Assembly: GCA_965248445.1 (NCBI GenBank)
Contig: CBDFJG010000004.1
Coordinates: forward strand, 768,001 to 832,000
Reading direction: 5' to 3'
DNA length: 64,000 bases
Source: Planctomycetota bacterium
Lineage (GTDB): Bacteria; Planctomycetota; JAJSAM01; JAJVHW01
Position numbers and translations under genes: made by a program. Under the pieces are notes generated by a model. The model made no database searches and was not told where the DNA came from. It worked only from the letters and a program-made list of their open reading frames with translations. Positions 30,437 to 42,300 of this stretch are shown in pieces (position 1 is the stretch's first letter; every line of letters begins with the position of its first letter).

Positions 30437-31636
30437 TCAGCCCGCGAGCCGCAGCAGGGCGAGGTTGTAGACGAAGAACGTCAGGAACATGCCGACGACG
30501 ACCAGCCGCGCGCCCCAGCGAACGCGAGCTGGCGACGCAGGCAGTCGCGCGTCCTCCGAGACCCTTCCGCCCCCGTGCTGTATCCGCTCGACGGTTGTCG
30601 GGTGAGACGCACCCTTAACGCTGAATGGGATGAGGTTGTGGGTCGAGATGCGGACGAGCGCGGCGGCGATTGCGCGCCCAGACCCATCGTGGCCGTGCGC
30701 ACCATCGTCTGCTGCTTCCTCGTCCGCGTGGAGGGAGCGCGACAACCGCTGCTTGAGCAACAGTGCTCCGAGTAGCAACAATGTCGCGAGCACCGCAGCC
30801 CCTGGCCCGGATCGTCCGAGCGGCAGAGTGAGCGGCATCATCACGACGATCAACTCCGCGGCCAGCCGGGGCGCGAGCCGTGACCAGGGCATCGCGAGGT
30901 GGACCGACTCGTGTGCCACGACTGCGTCCAACTCCTCGGCGGAGAGGATCTCGAGAAGCGGCTGCGTGACCAGCACGACACGCTCCAACGGAAACGCCAT
31001 GCCCTGGGCAACGGTGACGTCGGCCACCACGGCGGACCGGGCCGCCGTCCCGCTCGCAGGCGTGGCATCCTGGATGCGACGCAACAGCGCATCGTCTGCT
31101 CGACGCGTGACTCCGATCGCGGACAGGAGCGGAAGAACGAGATACGAGACAACCAGCCAAACCAGCGGCGTCCCAGCCAGTAACCACCACGCACGCGGCC
31201 CCCATCTCGTTGGACACGCAAGCAGCACCAGCATTGCGCTGACGAACGGATTACGCAGCAGGAGGGTGATGGCGACTGTCGTGCGGACGAACGCGAGCGC
31301 CCCGTGCACGAGACCGCTCGGCTGCAGGCAGATCCATGTCGTCACGCCCACGGCCGAGACGCCGGCCAGCGCGACGGCGCCGTGGAGGACCCGGCGCGGC
31401 GCACCGCCGGACGGATCGAGGCATGCGGCGGCACAGACGGCGAGCGGGATGCAGTACGCTGCTGCGGAGCACGAAGTGCGCACGGGCCACCATCGCCGGG
31501 CCCGCGCGTGCATCGACTCGCTGTCGGAGCGCCACGCGCCGCGGAGTCCCGCGACGAGCGCACCGAGCGTGGTGGTCAGCACCGCGCAGCCGGCAACCAG
31601 AGCCGCCAGCGCGAGCCAGGTCATCGCCGCAGTCAT
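30437..31636 (-). CDS. Membrane M48 family zinc metalloprotease
   Basis: EELDAVVAHESVH (HExxH), EEAAD, SHPTTVERI; multiple TM segments. Confidence 0.8.
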   Translation of the reverse strand: MTAAMTWLALAALVAGCAVLTTTLGALVAGLRGAWRSDSESMHARARRWWPVRTSCSAAAYCIPLAVCAAACLDPSGGAPRRVLHGAVALAGVSAVGVTTWICLQPSGLVHGALAFVRTTVAITLLLRNPFVSAMLVLLACPTRWGPRAWWLLAGTPLVWLVVSYLVLPLLSAIGVTRRADDALLRRIQDATPASGTAARSAVVADVTVAQGMAFPLERVVLVTQPLLEILSAEELDAVVAHESVHLAMPWSRLAPRLAAELIVVMMPLTLPLGRSGPGAAVLATLLLLGALLLKQRLSRSLHADEEAADDGAHGHDGSGRAIAAALVRISTHNLIPFSVKGASHPTTVERIQHGGGRVSEDARLPASPARVRWGARLVVVGMFLTFFVYNLALLRLAG

Positions 31637-31651
31637 GCGGGCTCCAGGCCC

Positions 31652-33412
31652 CTAGAGCGACTGGTCGCCGCGCAGGCGGCGGGCGCGCTGCGCGGCCTCG
31701 CGCGCCCGCAGGTACTCGCGGCGCTCTTCGAGGTACTCCGCGACGTCGTCCAGCAGGTGCGCCTGCCCTCTGCCGAGCCGGCGTGACAGACGGAACGCCA
31801 GGCGCAGCGCCGTGGCGTGATCGCCAAGTTCGCGCAGCGCGTTCATCCGGTGGTACCGCGCCTCGGCGAGTTCCGTCCCGCTCAGGCCGTTCTCCGCGGC
31901 TTCGAGCGCGTCGAGCGCCTCGTCCAGCCGTCCCTGGTGACCGGCGAGCCGGCCGGCGAAGAACGCGAGTTGCGCGTCGTCCGGCGCGTGCTCGCGCGCC
32001 TCCTGGAGATGGTCCAGTGCGTCGTCATCGTCACCCCAGTCCGAGAGGTCGCGCGCGTACGCGACGCGCAGCCGCACCGACCGAGGAAACCTACGTACCG
32101 CCTCTTCGTACACCTTGCGGGCCTTGCTCGGGACGGGGCCGCCGGCGAGGAACCGGGCCAGCAGCAGCCACGAGTCCGGCATCGCGCTGCGCCGGGCGAG
32201 TGCATACCGCAGGGTGCTCTCGCCGTCGGACTCGCGGCCCTGCCGACGACGGGTCACCGCGAGACCGTAAGCCGCCGGGAGAAGATCCCGCGACTCGACG
32301 AGCGCACGCTCGAAGGCGCGGGCTGCGGTCTCCACCTCGTCGCCGTCCAGTGCCACGAGTCCGTCGGCCAGTGCCACGAGTGCACCGTCCTGCGCGAACT
32401 CGGGCGCGCCGGCGCGCAGCGCGGTGACGACGGAGCCCGGACGCCACCCGAGCGCGAACGCGAGGACGGAGGCGACCCGTGGAGTGAGCTCGCGGTCTTC
32501 CTCCGCCACGCGCGCCAGTTCCGCCAGACGACGCGGCCGCGCGGCGACGATCCGACGCAGCGTCTCCGAGCCGTCAGGTAGCGAGTCGAACAGCTGAGAA
32601 CCCGGCAGCAGTTCGGGAGTGCGGGGGCCGGCGAGCAGGATCAGATCCTCGACCGTGCGCGTGCGACGGGGGCCGGACAGCGACACCAACTCGCCCCGCC
32701 GGGCGTGCTCCAACATCCGGAGCAGACGCGCGAGCAGGGCGAGGCGGCGGGCGCGCGCCGTCGGCGCGGCGAGATCGGTCGCGGCGATCGCCGCGCGGGC
32801 CATGCCGTGCCGCACGAGGCGCTGCGCGATCGTCACCTCGGCCTCGTCCGGGTTGACGAAGGCGCGGCGCCCGGCCCACGCCGGTCCGGCGGCCAGGTGG
32901 CCGAACAAGGAGGGCGCGGGATGGCCGAGCAGGCGCAGCACCGCCCGCGCGGAGTCGCGCAGCGGACCGAACGCCGCGGCAAGGCCGTCCACGGCGTCCT
33001 GCTGCGCCCGGCGCAGGTCGTACACCAGGCGGCGGCGCTCCTCGGGCGTCGAGCGCAGGAGGGCGCGGACGACCTCATCCTCGTCCGGCGCGGCGTGTTC
33101 TGGCGCCAGGATCAGCACCGCTCGCGCCAACGGCTCCGCCATCGGGCGACCCAGCGCAACGACGTCCTCGGCCGCAGCGAGCACGCGCCGCGCGGACGCG
33201 AGCATGTCGGCTGTCGGCCCCTCGGGTCCCTCCACGCGCAGCTTGCGGGCGACCCATGCAGCGTTGATGAGGCGCACCGAGGCGAGCAGCGCCACCCACG
33301 TTGCCAGCGCAGCCGCGAGGCAAGCCGGCCCGGACAGACCGTGTTCGGCCGCAGCAGCGAGAACCACCAGTCCGGCCACGCCGACCAGGAACGTCAGGCC
33401 GATCCGGGTCAC
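31652..33412 (-). CDS. Membrane-anchored TPR repeat protein
   Basis: Two N-terminal hydrophobic helices; C-terminal TPR-like repeats; start overlaps the acs stop (GTGA). Confidence 0.7.
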   Translation of the reverse strand: MTRIGLTFLVGVAGLVVLAAAAEHGLSGPACLAAALATWVALLASVRLINAAWVARKLRVEGPEGPTADMLASARRVLAAAEDVVALGRPMAEPLARAVLILAPEHAAPDEDEVVRALLRSTPEERRRLVYDLRRAQQDAVDGLAAAFGPLRDSARAVLRLLGHPAPSLFGHLAAGPAWAGRRAFVNPDEAEVTIAQRLVRHGMARAAIAATDLAAPTARARRLALLARLLRMLEHARRGELVSLSGPRRTRTVEDLILLAGPRTPELLPGSQLFDSLPDGSETLRRIVAARPRRLAELARVAEEDRELTPRVASVLAFALGWRPGSVVTALRAGAPEFAQDGALVALADGLVALDGDEVETAARAFERALVESRDLLPAAYGLAVTRRRQGRESDGESTLRYALARRSAMPDSWLLLARFLAGGPVPSKARKVYEEAVRRFPRSVRLRVAYARDLSDWGDDDDALDHLQEAREHAPDDAQLAFFAGRLAGHQGRLDEALDALEAAENGLSGTELAEARYHRMNALRELGDHATALRLAFRLSRRLGRGQAHLLDDVAEYLEERREYLRAREAAQRARRLRGDQSL

Positions 33413-35415
33413 CCCTCGGTCCCCGCGTACTCGTCGCGCAGCGCGTCGACGACCTTCGGGTCGGCCAGAGTGGTCGTGTCGCCGAGCGCCTTACCGGACG
33501 CGATGTCGCGCAGCAGGCGGCGCATGATCTTGCCGGACCGGGTCTTCGGCAGGTCCGCGCAGAAGTGCACGTCGTCCGGCCGGGCGATCTTGCCGATCTG
33601 TTCGGAGACGAACCCACGCAATTCCGTGGACAGCGCGCTCGTGTCCGCGGGCATGTCGCCCTTCAGCAGCACAAACGCCGAGATCGCCTCGCCCTTGATC
33701 TCGTGCGGCCGGCCGACCACAGCGGCTTCTGCTACGCGCGGGTGCGCCACCAGCGCGCTCTCGACCTCGGCGGTACCGATGCGGTGACCGGCCGTATTGA
33801 GCACGTCGTCGATGCGGCCGACGACCCAGAAGTGCCCGTCCGAGTCGCGCTTCGCGCCGTCACCTGGGAAGTAGGTCTCCGGCCCGAAGCGCGACCAGTA
33901 CACGTCGCGATAGCGGTCCATGTCCCCCCAGATGCCACGCAGCATGGACGGCCACGGACGGGTGAGCACGAGCACACCTCCGCCCACAGGGATGTTCCCT
34001 CCCTGCTCGTCGACGATGGCCGCTTCGATTCCCGGCACCGCGGTCGTCGCAGACCCGGGCTTCGTCGTGGTGACGCCCGGCAACGGCGAGATCAGGATCA
34101 TCCCCGTCTCGGTCTGCCACCACGTGTCCACGATCGGGCAGCGGCCCTCACCGATGACGTTGTGGTACCAGATCCACGCTTCGGGGTTGATCGGCTCGCC
34201 CACGGTCCCCAGCAATCGCAGCGACGAGAGATCGTGCCGCGCCGGGTACTCGTCGCCCCAGCGCATGAACGCCCTGATCGCCGTCGGCGCGGTGTAGAAG
34301 ATCGTGACCTGGTGTTCGGCGACCAGCTCCCAGAAGCGGTCCTTGTCCGGGTAGTTCGGCGCACCCTCGAACATCAGCACCGTCCCGCCGGCAGACAGCG
34401 GCCCGTAGACGACGTAGCTGTGCCCGGTGATCCAGCCCACGTCGGCAGTGCACCAGAACACGTCGTCCTCGCGCAAGTCGAACACCTGCCGGACGCTGCT
34501 CGTGACGCCTGTCAGGTAACCGCCCGTGGTGTGCAGGATCCCCTTGGGCTTGCCCGTCGTGCCGGACGTGTACAGGATGAAGAGAGGATGCTCGGCCGGC
34601 AGCGAGGCCGGCTCGCAATCCGCGGACGCGGCGGGAATGACGTCATGCCACCAAACGTCGCGCCCGTCCTGCATGGCGATCTCGAGCCCGGTGCGATTCA
34701 GGACGACGACGTTGCGCACCTCGAAGCCGTCCGCGGCGCACATTGTGCACGCTTCGTCGCTCGCCGCCTTGAGCGGCACGCGGTCACCGCGGCGCCACGC
34801 GGCGTCGGCCGTGAGCACGACCCGCGCCTCGCAGTCGAGGATCCGGTCGGCAAGGCTGCGCGCCGAGAACCCGGCGAACACGACGGTGTGCACGGCTCCG
34901 ATCCGCGCGCACGCCAGCATGGCGATGGCCGCCTCCGGCGTCATCGGCATGTAGAGCGCGACCCGGTCACCCGCCTGCACGCCGAAACCGCGCAGGGCGC
35001 TCGCGGCGCGACAGACCTCGCGGTGCAACTGCGTGTACGTCAGCGTGACGCGATCGCCGGGCTCACCCTCCCAGATCAGGGCCGCCTTGTTGGCCCGCGG
35101 CGTGCCCAGGTGGCGGTCGAGGCAATTGCGGGATACGTTGAGCTTGCCGTCCTCGAACCACTTCGCGAACGGCGGGTCCCAGTTCAGCACCTTGGAGAAC
35201 GGCTCGTCCCAGACGAGTTCTCGCGCGAGATCGGCCCAGTAGGCCAGCCGCGCCTCCTCGCCCTGGGGCCACGCCGACGCGTCGCGGATCCGGGCGGCCG
35301 CTGTGAACTCGGCGGGAGGCGGGAATCGCCTCTCCTCGCGCAGGAGATCGTCCAGGAAGCCGCCCCCACCCGCAGACTCAGCCCCACCAACAGCAGACTG
35401 GCCGTCGCCGCTCAT
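33409..35415 (-). CDS. acs: Acetate--CoA ligase
   Basis: [56 protein letters not shown]. Confidence 0.98.
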   Translation of the reverse strand: MSGDGQSAVGGAESAGGGGFLDDLLREERRFPPPAEFTAAARIRDASAWPQGEEARLAYWADLARELVWDEPFSKVLNWDPPFAKWFEDGKLNVSRNCLDRHLGTPRANKAALIWEGEPGDRVTLTYTQLHREVCRAASALRGFGVQAGDRVALYMPMTPEAAIAMLACARIGAVHTVVFAGFSARSLADRILDCEARVVLTADAAWRRGDRVPLKAASDEACTMCAADGFEVRNVVVLNRTGLEIAMQDGRDVWWHDVIPAASADCEPASLPAEHPLFILYTSGTTGKPKGILHTTGGYLTGVTSSVRQVFDLREDDVFWCTADVGWITGHSYVVYGPLSAGGTVLMFEGAPNYPDKDRFWELVAEHQVTIFYTAPTAIRAFMRWGDEYPARHDLSSLRLLGTVGEPINPEAWIWYHNVIGEGRCPIVDTWWQTETGMILISPLPGVTTTKPGSATTAVPGIEAAIVDEQGGNIPVGGGVLVLTRPWPSMLRGIWGDMDRYRDVYWSRFGPETYFPGDGAKRDSDGHFWVVGRIDDVLNTAGHRIGTAEVESALVAHPRVAEAAVVGRPHEIKGEAISAFVLLKGDMPADTSALSTELRGFVSEQIGKIARPDDVHFCADLPKTRSGKIMRRLLRDIASGKALGDTTTLADPKVVDALRDEYAGTEG

Positions 35416-35560
35416 CGCCTCTCCTTCTGCATCCCCCGTCTCCCGGAGGGCGCGATCGTAGCCTCCCCGGGAGCCCGGGATCCTGCGAAACCTCGAGCGC
35501 TATCCTGGGGTAGACTCGCTCTGGGCGGTGGGGTCGTCCAGGGATTGGAAAGCACCGCTC

Positions 35561-38500
35561 ATGCGAACGTACGTCCTCGTTTTCGCCGCCCTCGCTCTGG
35601 GCCTCGCTGCCGCACCGCTCCGCGCGGAGCGTGTCGACCTGCACGTGCCTCTCGGCACCGCCGCAGACGGCTCCGTGGACCAGCCCGGGGCGGTGTTCAC
35701 CTCGGCCTTCCTGGTCAATGAGGGTCTCAAGAAGAACGTCTCGATCGCCGTCAAGCGCAGCAAGGGCTCGGCGATCCTCCTGGATGTCCGACTGATTGAC
35801 CCCGACGGCGACGTGTTCGACTTCGACGCCGATCCGCGAGCAAAGGAGAAGGCGAAGGAGAAGAGCTACAAGGCCAAGCTCAAGGACATCACCTCCCCCG
35901 GCATGTGGCGGCTCGAGGTGCGCGGCGTCGGCACATCGGTCGGCGGGTTCCGCATCACGATGAAGGGCAAGGACACCCAGACCCTCGGCGGCACGGAGGT
36001 CGTCGGCGTGGGCGCGCAGCTGGAGATCCCGTTCCAGGCGGCGGACGGCGGCGAGGTCACCGTGCAGGTCAAGCGCTCGCGCGGCTCGGCGCTGGTGCCG
36101 GACATCGTGATCGTGGACCCCAACGGGTTCGTGGTCCCGGAGTCCGACGGCGCGGCCGTGGTCAACACCAAGTCGGGCAGCGCGAAGCTCAAGAAGTTCG
36201 CGGTACCCCTGTACGGCGCGTTCACCGTCCGCATCAGCGGCAGCGACGGCAGCGGCGGCGGGATGAGCTACAAGGTCAAGTCGAAGCCCAAGAAGTACAA
36301 GGGCGAGCTGCCGGTCGCGGATGCCGGAGAGTCGTTCGATGTCGAGCCGGGGACCGAAGGACGGCTCGACGGCTCGAAGTCCACGGGGAGCGGGCTCACC
36401 TACTTGTGGGGCCAGGTGCACGGGAGCGCGATCTTCCTCGACGACCCCGCGTCCGACATGCCCGCGTTCATCGCGCCGGACGACGTGGAGACCATCGCAG
36501 TTCAGCTGAGTGTGTTCGACGACGTGCGTTCCCGCCCGCGGCTCGTCGCGGTCGAGGTCGCTCCGCGCCCGCTCGCGATCCCGGGGTTCTCGCAGGTGGT
36601 CGCGCCGAGCGCGAACGTCACGGTCACCGGCCTCCAGTCGGTGGATGTCCGCGGCTCGGGACTGCTCGCCACGTGGCGCGTGATCTCGGGCGGCGTCGCG
36701 TTGAACGATCCCTCGGCGCTCACGACCACGTTCGTCGCTCCGGCGTCTGGAGTCGTTCGGCTCGGACTCGTGGTGTCCGACGGGCGGGCGTCGAGCATCG
36801 AGACTGAGCATGTTGTCGTCGTCTCTCCTGGCGCCGCCTCCGTCGCCGATGCCGGACGCCCCCAGCGCGTGCCGCGGATGGCCACGGTTCACATGTCGGG
36901 CCTCGCGTCACAGCGTGCCGCGGGACCGCTGAACACCGGCGCGAGCTGGACGCAGATCTCCGGGCCGCCGGTCACGATCGACAATGCGGACTCGTACTTC
37001 CCCGCGTTCACAGCACCGCGGCAGCCGGCCGACCTCCTCTTCGAGCTGACGGTGGACGCGCTCCCGAACGCATCTCACAGGACATGGGTGTTCGTGCGGG
37101 ATGACGTCGGCAACTCACCCCCGGTGGGCGTGACGAATCCTGCAGCTTTCCCGTCCGGAGGCGCGATCTCGCTGAACGCCGTCTCGTCGTCGGACCCCAA
37201 CGGCGACTCGGTGTTCGTGCGCTGGGCGCAGCTCGACGGCACTGCTGTCACGATCGCGGATGCGGACGCACTGCAGACGACCGCCACCGGTGCCACGGCG
37301 ACCGACGTGCTGTGGTCGTTCGCCATCCTGCCGCGGGACGAACTGGCCTACGGGCCACCCGAGCACATCCGCGCCGCCGCAGTGGGCTACTCCGGAATCC
37401 CGTTCGCGAACGCGGGCGTCAACCGGACGATCTCCGGCTCGCAGCCCGTCAATCTCGACGGCAGTCTGTCCGTGCGCACGAGCGGAACCGGTCCCATCGG
37501 CTACACCTGGCGGCAGGTCAGCGCGGCGGACTGGTACGACGTCGCCGCAGAGGACCCCGGCTTCGACCCACTCGCCTCGCAACCCGGGTTCGCCCTCCCG
37601 CCCGATGTCAGTTCGCTCAACCCACGCCGCACGATGACGTTCGAGCTGGTGGTGACCGACGGACTGAATGACAGCGCGCCCGACTACGTGACACTCACGT
37701 TCCTCGGCCTGCCGCTGAACGGCGTCCCGCTGGTCACGGCAGGGGCGAGCGACCTGAACCCGCTCGGCGGGCAGCTCGTGGCGCTCGTCGGCACGGCCGA
37801 CGACCGCGACGGAGATCCCGTCACCGTCTCGTGGTCGCAGATCGCCGGGCCGGCGGTCGGACTGTCACCGAGCAGCGCTGTGCTGTCGCCCACGCTGACG
37901 GCGCCGAGCGCCGGAACCATGACGTTCCGCCTCACCGGCAACGACGGCTTCGACGACAGCCTGCCCGCGGATGTGACGGTCACAATCGACGAGGCACCGA
38001 TCGCGGCTCCGACGGTCTCACCGCAGCAGGGCGATCCCGGCACTCTGGTGACGATCTCCGGCAGCAACAGCAGCGATCCCGAGCTGCAGCCGCTCACGTA
38101 CTTCTGGGAGCAGACGTCCGGCACGAGCGTGAGCTTCGACAGCACGGCCGAGCAGTTCACGTTCAACTCGCCCGCCGGCGTCCTGACGTTCCGACTGACG
38201 GTGAACGACGGCCGGCAGAACTCGCAACCGGTCGGCGTCGGTTTCGGCACGGTGCCGCCGCCTGTCGTCACACCGTCCGCAAGCGTCTCGTCCGCGGCAT
38301 ACGGCGGGAGCGTCACACTCACTTCGAACCCGGCGAACAACGACACGAACGCCGTGACGTTCACCTGGCGCCAGATCAGCGGTCCTTCGACCGCGCTCTC
38401 CAGCCTGACGGCGCAGAACCCCACGTTCTCCGTGCCTCTCCCGACGTCGTCGCCCTTCGGCGGTACGCAGCAGTCGCTGCCGACCGCCCGCTTCGGCGTG

Positions 38501-38905
38501 AGGGCGACGCGGCAGGGCCAGGACTCAGCCGAAGCGACGGTCGACGTCACCTACTTCGCGTCCTACAACAACACGAGTCTGACGACCGCCTCCAACACGG
38601 TGTACGGCATCGTCTCGTCCTCGTGCATCAGCTGCCACAGCCCGACAGTCAACAACTGCGGGAACAGCGGCGCGCGCAAGCACGGGCTGAACGGTGCGAC
38701 CGTGTTCCGCACGAACACGATCAACGTCGCCGCGTGCTCCAGTTCCAAGAGCTACGTCGTGCCGGGCGATCCGGGGAACTCGTTCACGCTTGACCGGCTG
38801 AAGGGACTCGGCACGCAGGGCACGATGCCTCCGGGCAGCGGCCTCGGCACGACCCGCATCAACCTGATCGAGGACTGGATCCGGCAGGGCGGCCAGAACA
38901 ACTGA
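35561..38905 (+). CDS. Secreted PKD/Ig-like repeat protein with C-terminal c-type cytochrome domain
   Basis: Signal peptide; two Lys-rich N-terminal beta repeats; eight W.Q..G PKD-like repeats; CISCH heme motif (38624-38638) followed by VVPGDPGNS...MPP...IEDWIRQG. Confidence 0.85.
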   Translation: MRTYVLVFAALALGLAAAPLRAERVDLHVPLGTAADGSVDQPGAVFTSAFLVNEGLKKNVSIAVKRSKGSAILLDVRLIDPDGDVFDFDADPRAKEKAKEKSYKAKLKDITSPGMWRLEVRGVGTSVGGFRITMKGKDTQTLGGTEVVGVGAQLEIPFQAADGGEVTVQVKRSRGSALVPDIVIVDPNGFVVPESDGAAVVNTKSGSAKLKKFAVPLYGAFTVRISGSDGSGGGMSYKVKSKPKKYKGELPVADAGESFDVEPGTEGRLDGSKSTGSGLTYLWGQVHGSAIFLDDPASDMPAFIAPDDVETIAVQLSVFDDVRSRPRLVAVEVAPRPLAIPGFSQVVAPSANVTVTGLQSVDVRGSGLLATWRVISGGVALNDPSALTTTFVAPASGVVRLGLVVSDGRASSIETEHVVVVSPGAASVADAGRPQRVPRMATVHMSGLASQRAAGPLNTGASWTQISGPPVTIDNADSYFPAFTAPRQPADLLFELTVDALPNASHRTWVFVRDDVGNSPPVGVTNPAAFPSGGAISLNAVSSSDPNGDSVFVRWAQLDGTAVTIADADALQTTATGATATDVLWSFAILPRDELAYGPPEHIRAAAVGYSGIPFANAGVNRTISGSQPVNLDGSLSVRTSGTGPIGYTWRQVSAADWYDVAAEDPGFDPLASQPGFALPPDVSSLNPRRTMTFELVVTDGLNDSAPDYVTLTFLGLPLNGVPLVTAGASDLNPLGGQLVALVGTADDRDGDPVTVSWSQIAGPAVGLSPSSAVLSPTLTAPSAGTMTFRLTGNDGFDDSLPADVTVTIDEAPIAAPTVSPQQGDPGTLVTISGSNSSDPELQPLTYFWEQTSGTSVSFDSTAEQFTFNSPAGVLTFRLTVNDGRQNSQPVGVGFGTVPPPVVTPSASVSSAAYGGSVTLTSNPANNDTNAVTFTWRQISGPSTALSSLTAQNPTFSVPLPTSSPFGGTQQSLPTARFGVRATRQGQDSAEATVDVTYFASYNNTSLTTASNTVYGIVSSSCISCHSPTVNNCGNSGARKHGLNGATVFRTNTINVAACSSSKSYVVPGDPGNSFTLDRLKGLGTQGTMPPGSGLGTTRINLIEDWIRQGGQNN

Positions 38906-38931
38906 CGTCCGCGTCAGCGGACGTCAGTTGT
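38898..38931. terminator. 15-bp perfect inverted repeat over the stop codon
   Basis: ACAACTGACGTCCGC-GTCA-GCGGACGTCAGTTGT. Confidence 0.6.
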
Positions 38932-39084
38932 CGTTCGCGGGCGGGGCAGCGCCCCGCCCGTACAGCCACCTTCCCAGGCACGCGGCGAGGTTCCCCCCGG
39001 CTTATGCGTGGCCCAACGGCCCCGGGGGTATGATGCCCGGCTTGGCGTCTCCGACTCGCGGAGGCGCGCAGAGCAGGAGTCAGT

Positions 39085-39303
39085 TTGTCTCGAGACGATC
39101 TCATTCAGATTCCCGGCGTCGTGGAAGAAGTCCGCGCCGGCGGGAACTTCGCCATCAAGTCGGACATGGGACCGATGATCATCGCCCGCCTCAGCGGGCG
39201 CATGCGCCGGTTCCGCATTCGCGTGGTCCCCGGTGACCGCGTGACGGTGGGTGTGTCGCCGTACGACCCCACCAAGGGGCTCATCGTCTACCGCGAGAAG
39301 TAG
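39085..39303 (+). CDS. infA: Translation initiation factor IF-1
   Basis: 72 aa; GVVEEV...ARLSGRMRRFRIRVVPGDRVTVGVSPYDPTKGLIVYR; TTG start after GGAG. Confidence 0.96.
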   Translation: MSRDDLIQIPGVVEEVRAGGNFAIKSDMGPMIIARLSGRMRRFRIRVVPGDRVTVGVSPYDPTKGLIVYREK

Positions 39304-39343
39304 GGGTCTACCGAGAGAAGTAGGGATCTACCGCGAGGAGTAG
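39286..39343. repeat. 20-bp tandem repeat x3 copying the infA 3' end
   Basis: GTCTACCGCGAGAAGTAGGG GTCTACCGAGAGAAGTAGGG ATCTACCGCGAGGAGTAG. Confidence 0.9.
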
Positions 39344-39346
39344 CCG

Positions 39347-42300
39347 CTAGCGCGGCATCACACTGCCGCGGATTTCCGGCTCCCCGCCCCGCACCCGACG
39401 CGTGTTCCAGCGCACCCGGTATGCCCGGTGTTCCGGCGTGTCCGGATAGGACTCGTCCGCACCGTACGGGTACGTGGACATCCCGAGGAACGGTAGCGGC
39501 TCGACCGTGTATCCGTGCGCGATGTACAGCTCCTGCCCCTTGCACCAGCCGGTGAACCGCAGGATGTAGTCCCGCCGCCAGCCATCTTCGAGAGCCGGCA
39601 GTGCCGACGCGGCGAACCGCACGTCGACTTCCTCTGCCTTGCCGTAGATCACGTACCGGTCGTCCGCGGCGGTCAGCAGCGGCAGCACGTCACCGAACTT
39701 CGTGTAGTCGCCGACAACGGTCTTCCACGGCATCGACTCATCACGCGTGTGGTAGTCGTAGATCCGCGGGAATCGTCCGTCCGGGGTGTACTCCCGCGGG
39801 TAACCGACGCGGGCGAGCGTGGCGCGCTCCGGCGTCAGCTCGGTGACGCGGCACGTAGTAGCCGTGTCGAGCGGACGGGCGAGCCACACCCGGTCCCAGT
39901 AGATCTCGAGATTGGTCCGGATGCGCAGCCGCGGGGTGTCGCGTGACACCAGCCCCGTCACGTCGTAGGTCATGACCCGCGGGAAGCCGGCCGGGTAGCC
40001 GATGTTCGGCGCAAGCGTCTTCCACGATCCGCCGTCATCGCCTCCGACGAACGCCTCGAGCGTCGGCAGCACGTACTCGAACTCCTCGCCGTGGGCCGCC
40101 ACGCTCGTGCGCGTGTAGCCGTACTCGATCCAGCCATGCAGGAAGAGGCCGAGCGCATCGCCCGGCGCGACGTCCGCGAGCCGATCTGCGAAGTCGAGTT
40201 CCAGCACGGACCCGTCGATGGCGCCGGTCAGCCGCGGATGCAGTCCCGGCTCCTCGGAGTAGATGCGATCGACGACCGCGATGTGTGCGAGGACGTCGCG
40301 GCCGCTCCCGTCGCGGGCTGCGGCCGGCAGGATCTCAGCGCCGTGTGCGATGACGTGCCCGTCAGCGAACGGGCGCTCGCCCGTGAATCGCTCGTCGGGG
40401 TGGACTGAGACTCCGGGAGGACTGTCCACCACCTGCAGATCCATGTGGTCGAGATAGACCATCTCCTCCATCGCCTCGACGAGCTTGAAGACGAGATCGC
40501 CGTCATCGTTCGGTGCCACCAGTTCGCCGTCCACCTTGACGCTCTCGCGCGGATCCGGCTCGGCGTAGACGCCCGGGGCGAGCAGGAATCCGACGCCTCC
40601 CGCGCCGATGAAGTCGGTGATCCAGCGGTAGGCGTGCCCGTCCCACGAGAACAGCAGTGGGCACGAGTCCGGCCGGCGCTGCTCCTCGACGATCAGGTAC
40701 GGCGCCCCCACCGGCACGTCGAGCGCGCCCTGCTGCACGGCATCCGTCCACAGGATGCGCACGAACTCCGCAGACGGCCGGGCGCCGAGGCCGAACACCG
40801 TGCGCGTCGGCGCCTGCGCGCCGTAGCCGGTCGTGCCGCCGACACGGGTGCCCTGCCAGAGCGATCCGGCCTTGGCCTCGACCCACGCGTGGCGACCCTC
40901 GAGGTTCGACCACCCGGCCTGGACGTCGTTGCGAATGACCCCGCGGAAGTCGAGAGACAGCCCGACGAAGCGGCCGGCGCAATCGAGCTGCACAAGCTGC
41001 GCGGTGGAGCCGGCCTCGTTCGTCACGACCTCTTCGACGCCGTCGCCGTCGAGGTCCGCGGCGACCAGGTTTCTCGCGCCCTTCGTCGGCACGAGGCTCC
41101 CTGCTCCCGTGAACTGCCAGGTGAGGCCGTGCAAGTACGTCCCGTTGGAGAAGAGCACGTCGGCGGACCCGCTCAGTTGAGCGTCGAGCGGCACCGCCGC
41201 ACCGCCCGGGGCGTCGAACAGGGCCTCGCGCACGAAGCCGCGCGTCGTGCCTCTGAGCTGGATCGCGCCCGACTCCCCGGCGAGGAACACGTCCTCGATG
41301 CCGTCGCGGTCGAAGTCGCCCGCGAAGCCCCCGTGCGTCCCGTCGGCGGCGAATTCCACCCAGTCCGAAGCGTCCCGGAACGAGAGCAGCCGCTCGTTCA
41401 GGTACAGCGCCGGTGAGCGGCCGGCCCGCGTGATCAGGAGGTCCAGGTCGTGGTCCTGGTCCGCGTCGAGCACGATCACCGGTCCGTACGACTCGCCGTC
41501 GCCGGCGAGGCCCGACGCCTCCGTGACGTCCACGAACGTCCCCGGGCCGCGGTTCGCGTACAGCCGGTTGCCGTGCGTCGCATCGCCGGCCAGGAACAGA
41601 TCCATGTCCCCCTCGTGATCCGCGTCGAACAGCAACACCGCGCGGGCGCCACCGGGATCATCCGCGAGTCCCGCGTTCTGCGTCACGTCCATGAACGTGC
41701 CGTTCCCGGCGTTCCGCATCACGAGCACGCGGTCCGGGAACACGATGACCAGGTCGATCATCGTGTCGCGTCCGCTGACGTTCGCGGCGACCTTCGGGTC
41801 GACGTCAAGCTCCCCCGCCGCGACGGCGTACGCGCCGGTGAAGCGCAGACCGGCGTCGTCGGTGACGTCGGTGAACCTCAACTCGCCGTCGTTGCGCAAG
41901 AGAGCGGTCTGTCCCGTCCCGCCGCACACGAAGACGTCGAGGTCCTCGTCGCCGTCGTAGTCGAACACCGTCAGACCGGGATACGGCGGCGCTCCGTCCG
42001 GCGGCGGGCCGCAGACGACGCCTCCCGCGACGAGAGGGGCGGACGTGGCGGTCACCGCGAGCCAGTCGGGTTCGTTCTCGGCTCCGCCGAACCTCGGATC
42101 CGCCCGCGAATAGCGTCCGAGGTTCCCGTAGGCGTCCGTCATCTCCTCGCCGGCCTTGATCCACTCGGCGTCGTCGTTGACCCCGCCGGTCAGCGAGCGC
42201 AGCAGGGCGAGCAACTCGTCGGCGCGCGCCGTCTCGCCCCGCCTGCGGTGCAGGAGCTGGAGCGAGTTGACAGGCGCGATCAGCGCCGGCCGGTCCTCGT

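Noticed and set aside
39286..39343. Possible mini CRISPR array
   Set aside because: Repeats are directly adjacent with no spacers, derive from the infA coding end, and no cas genes are present.
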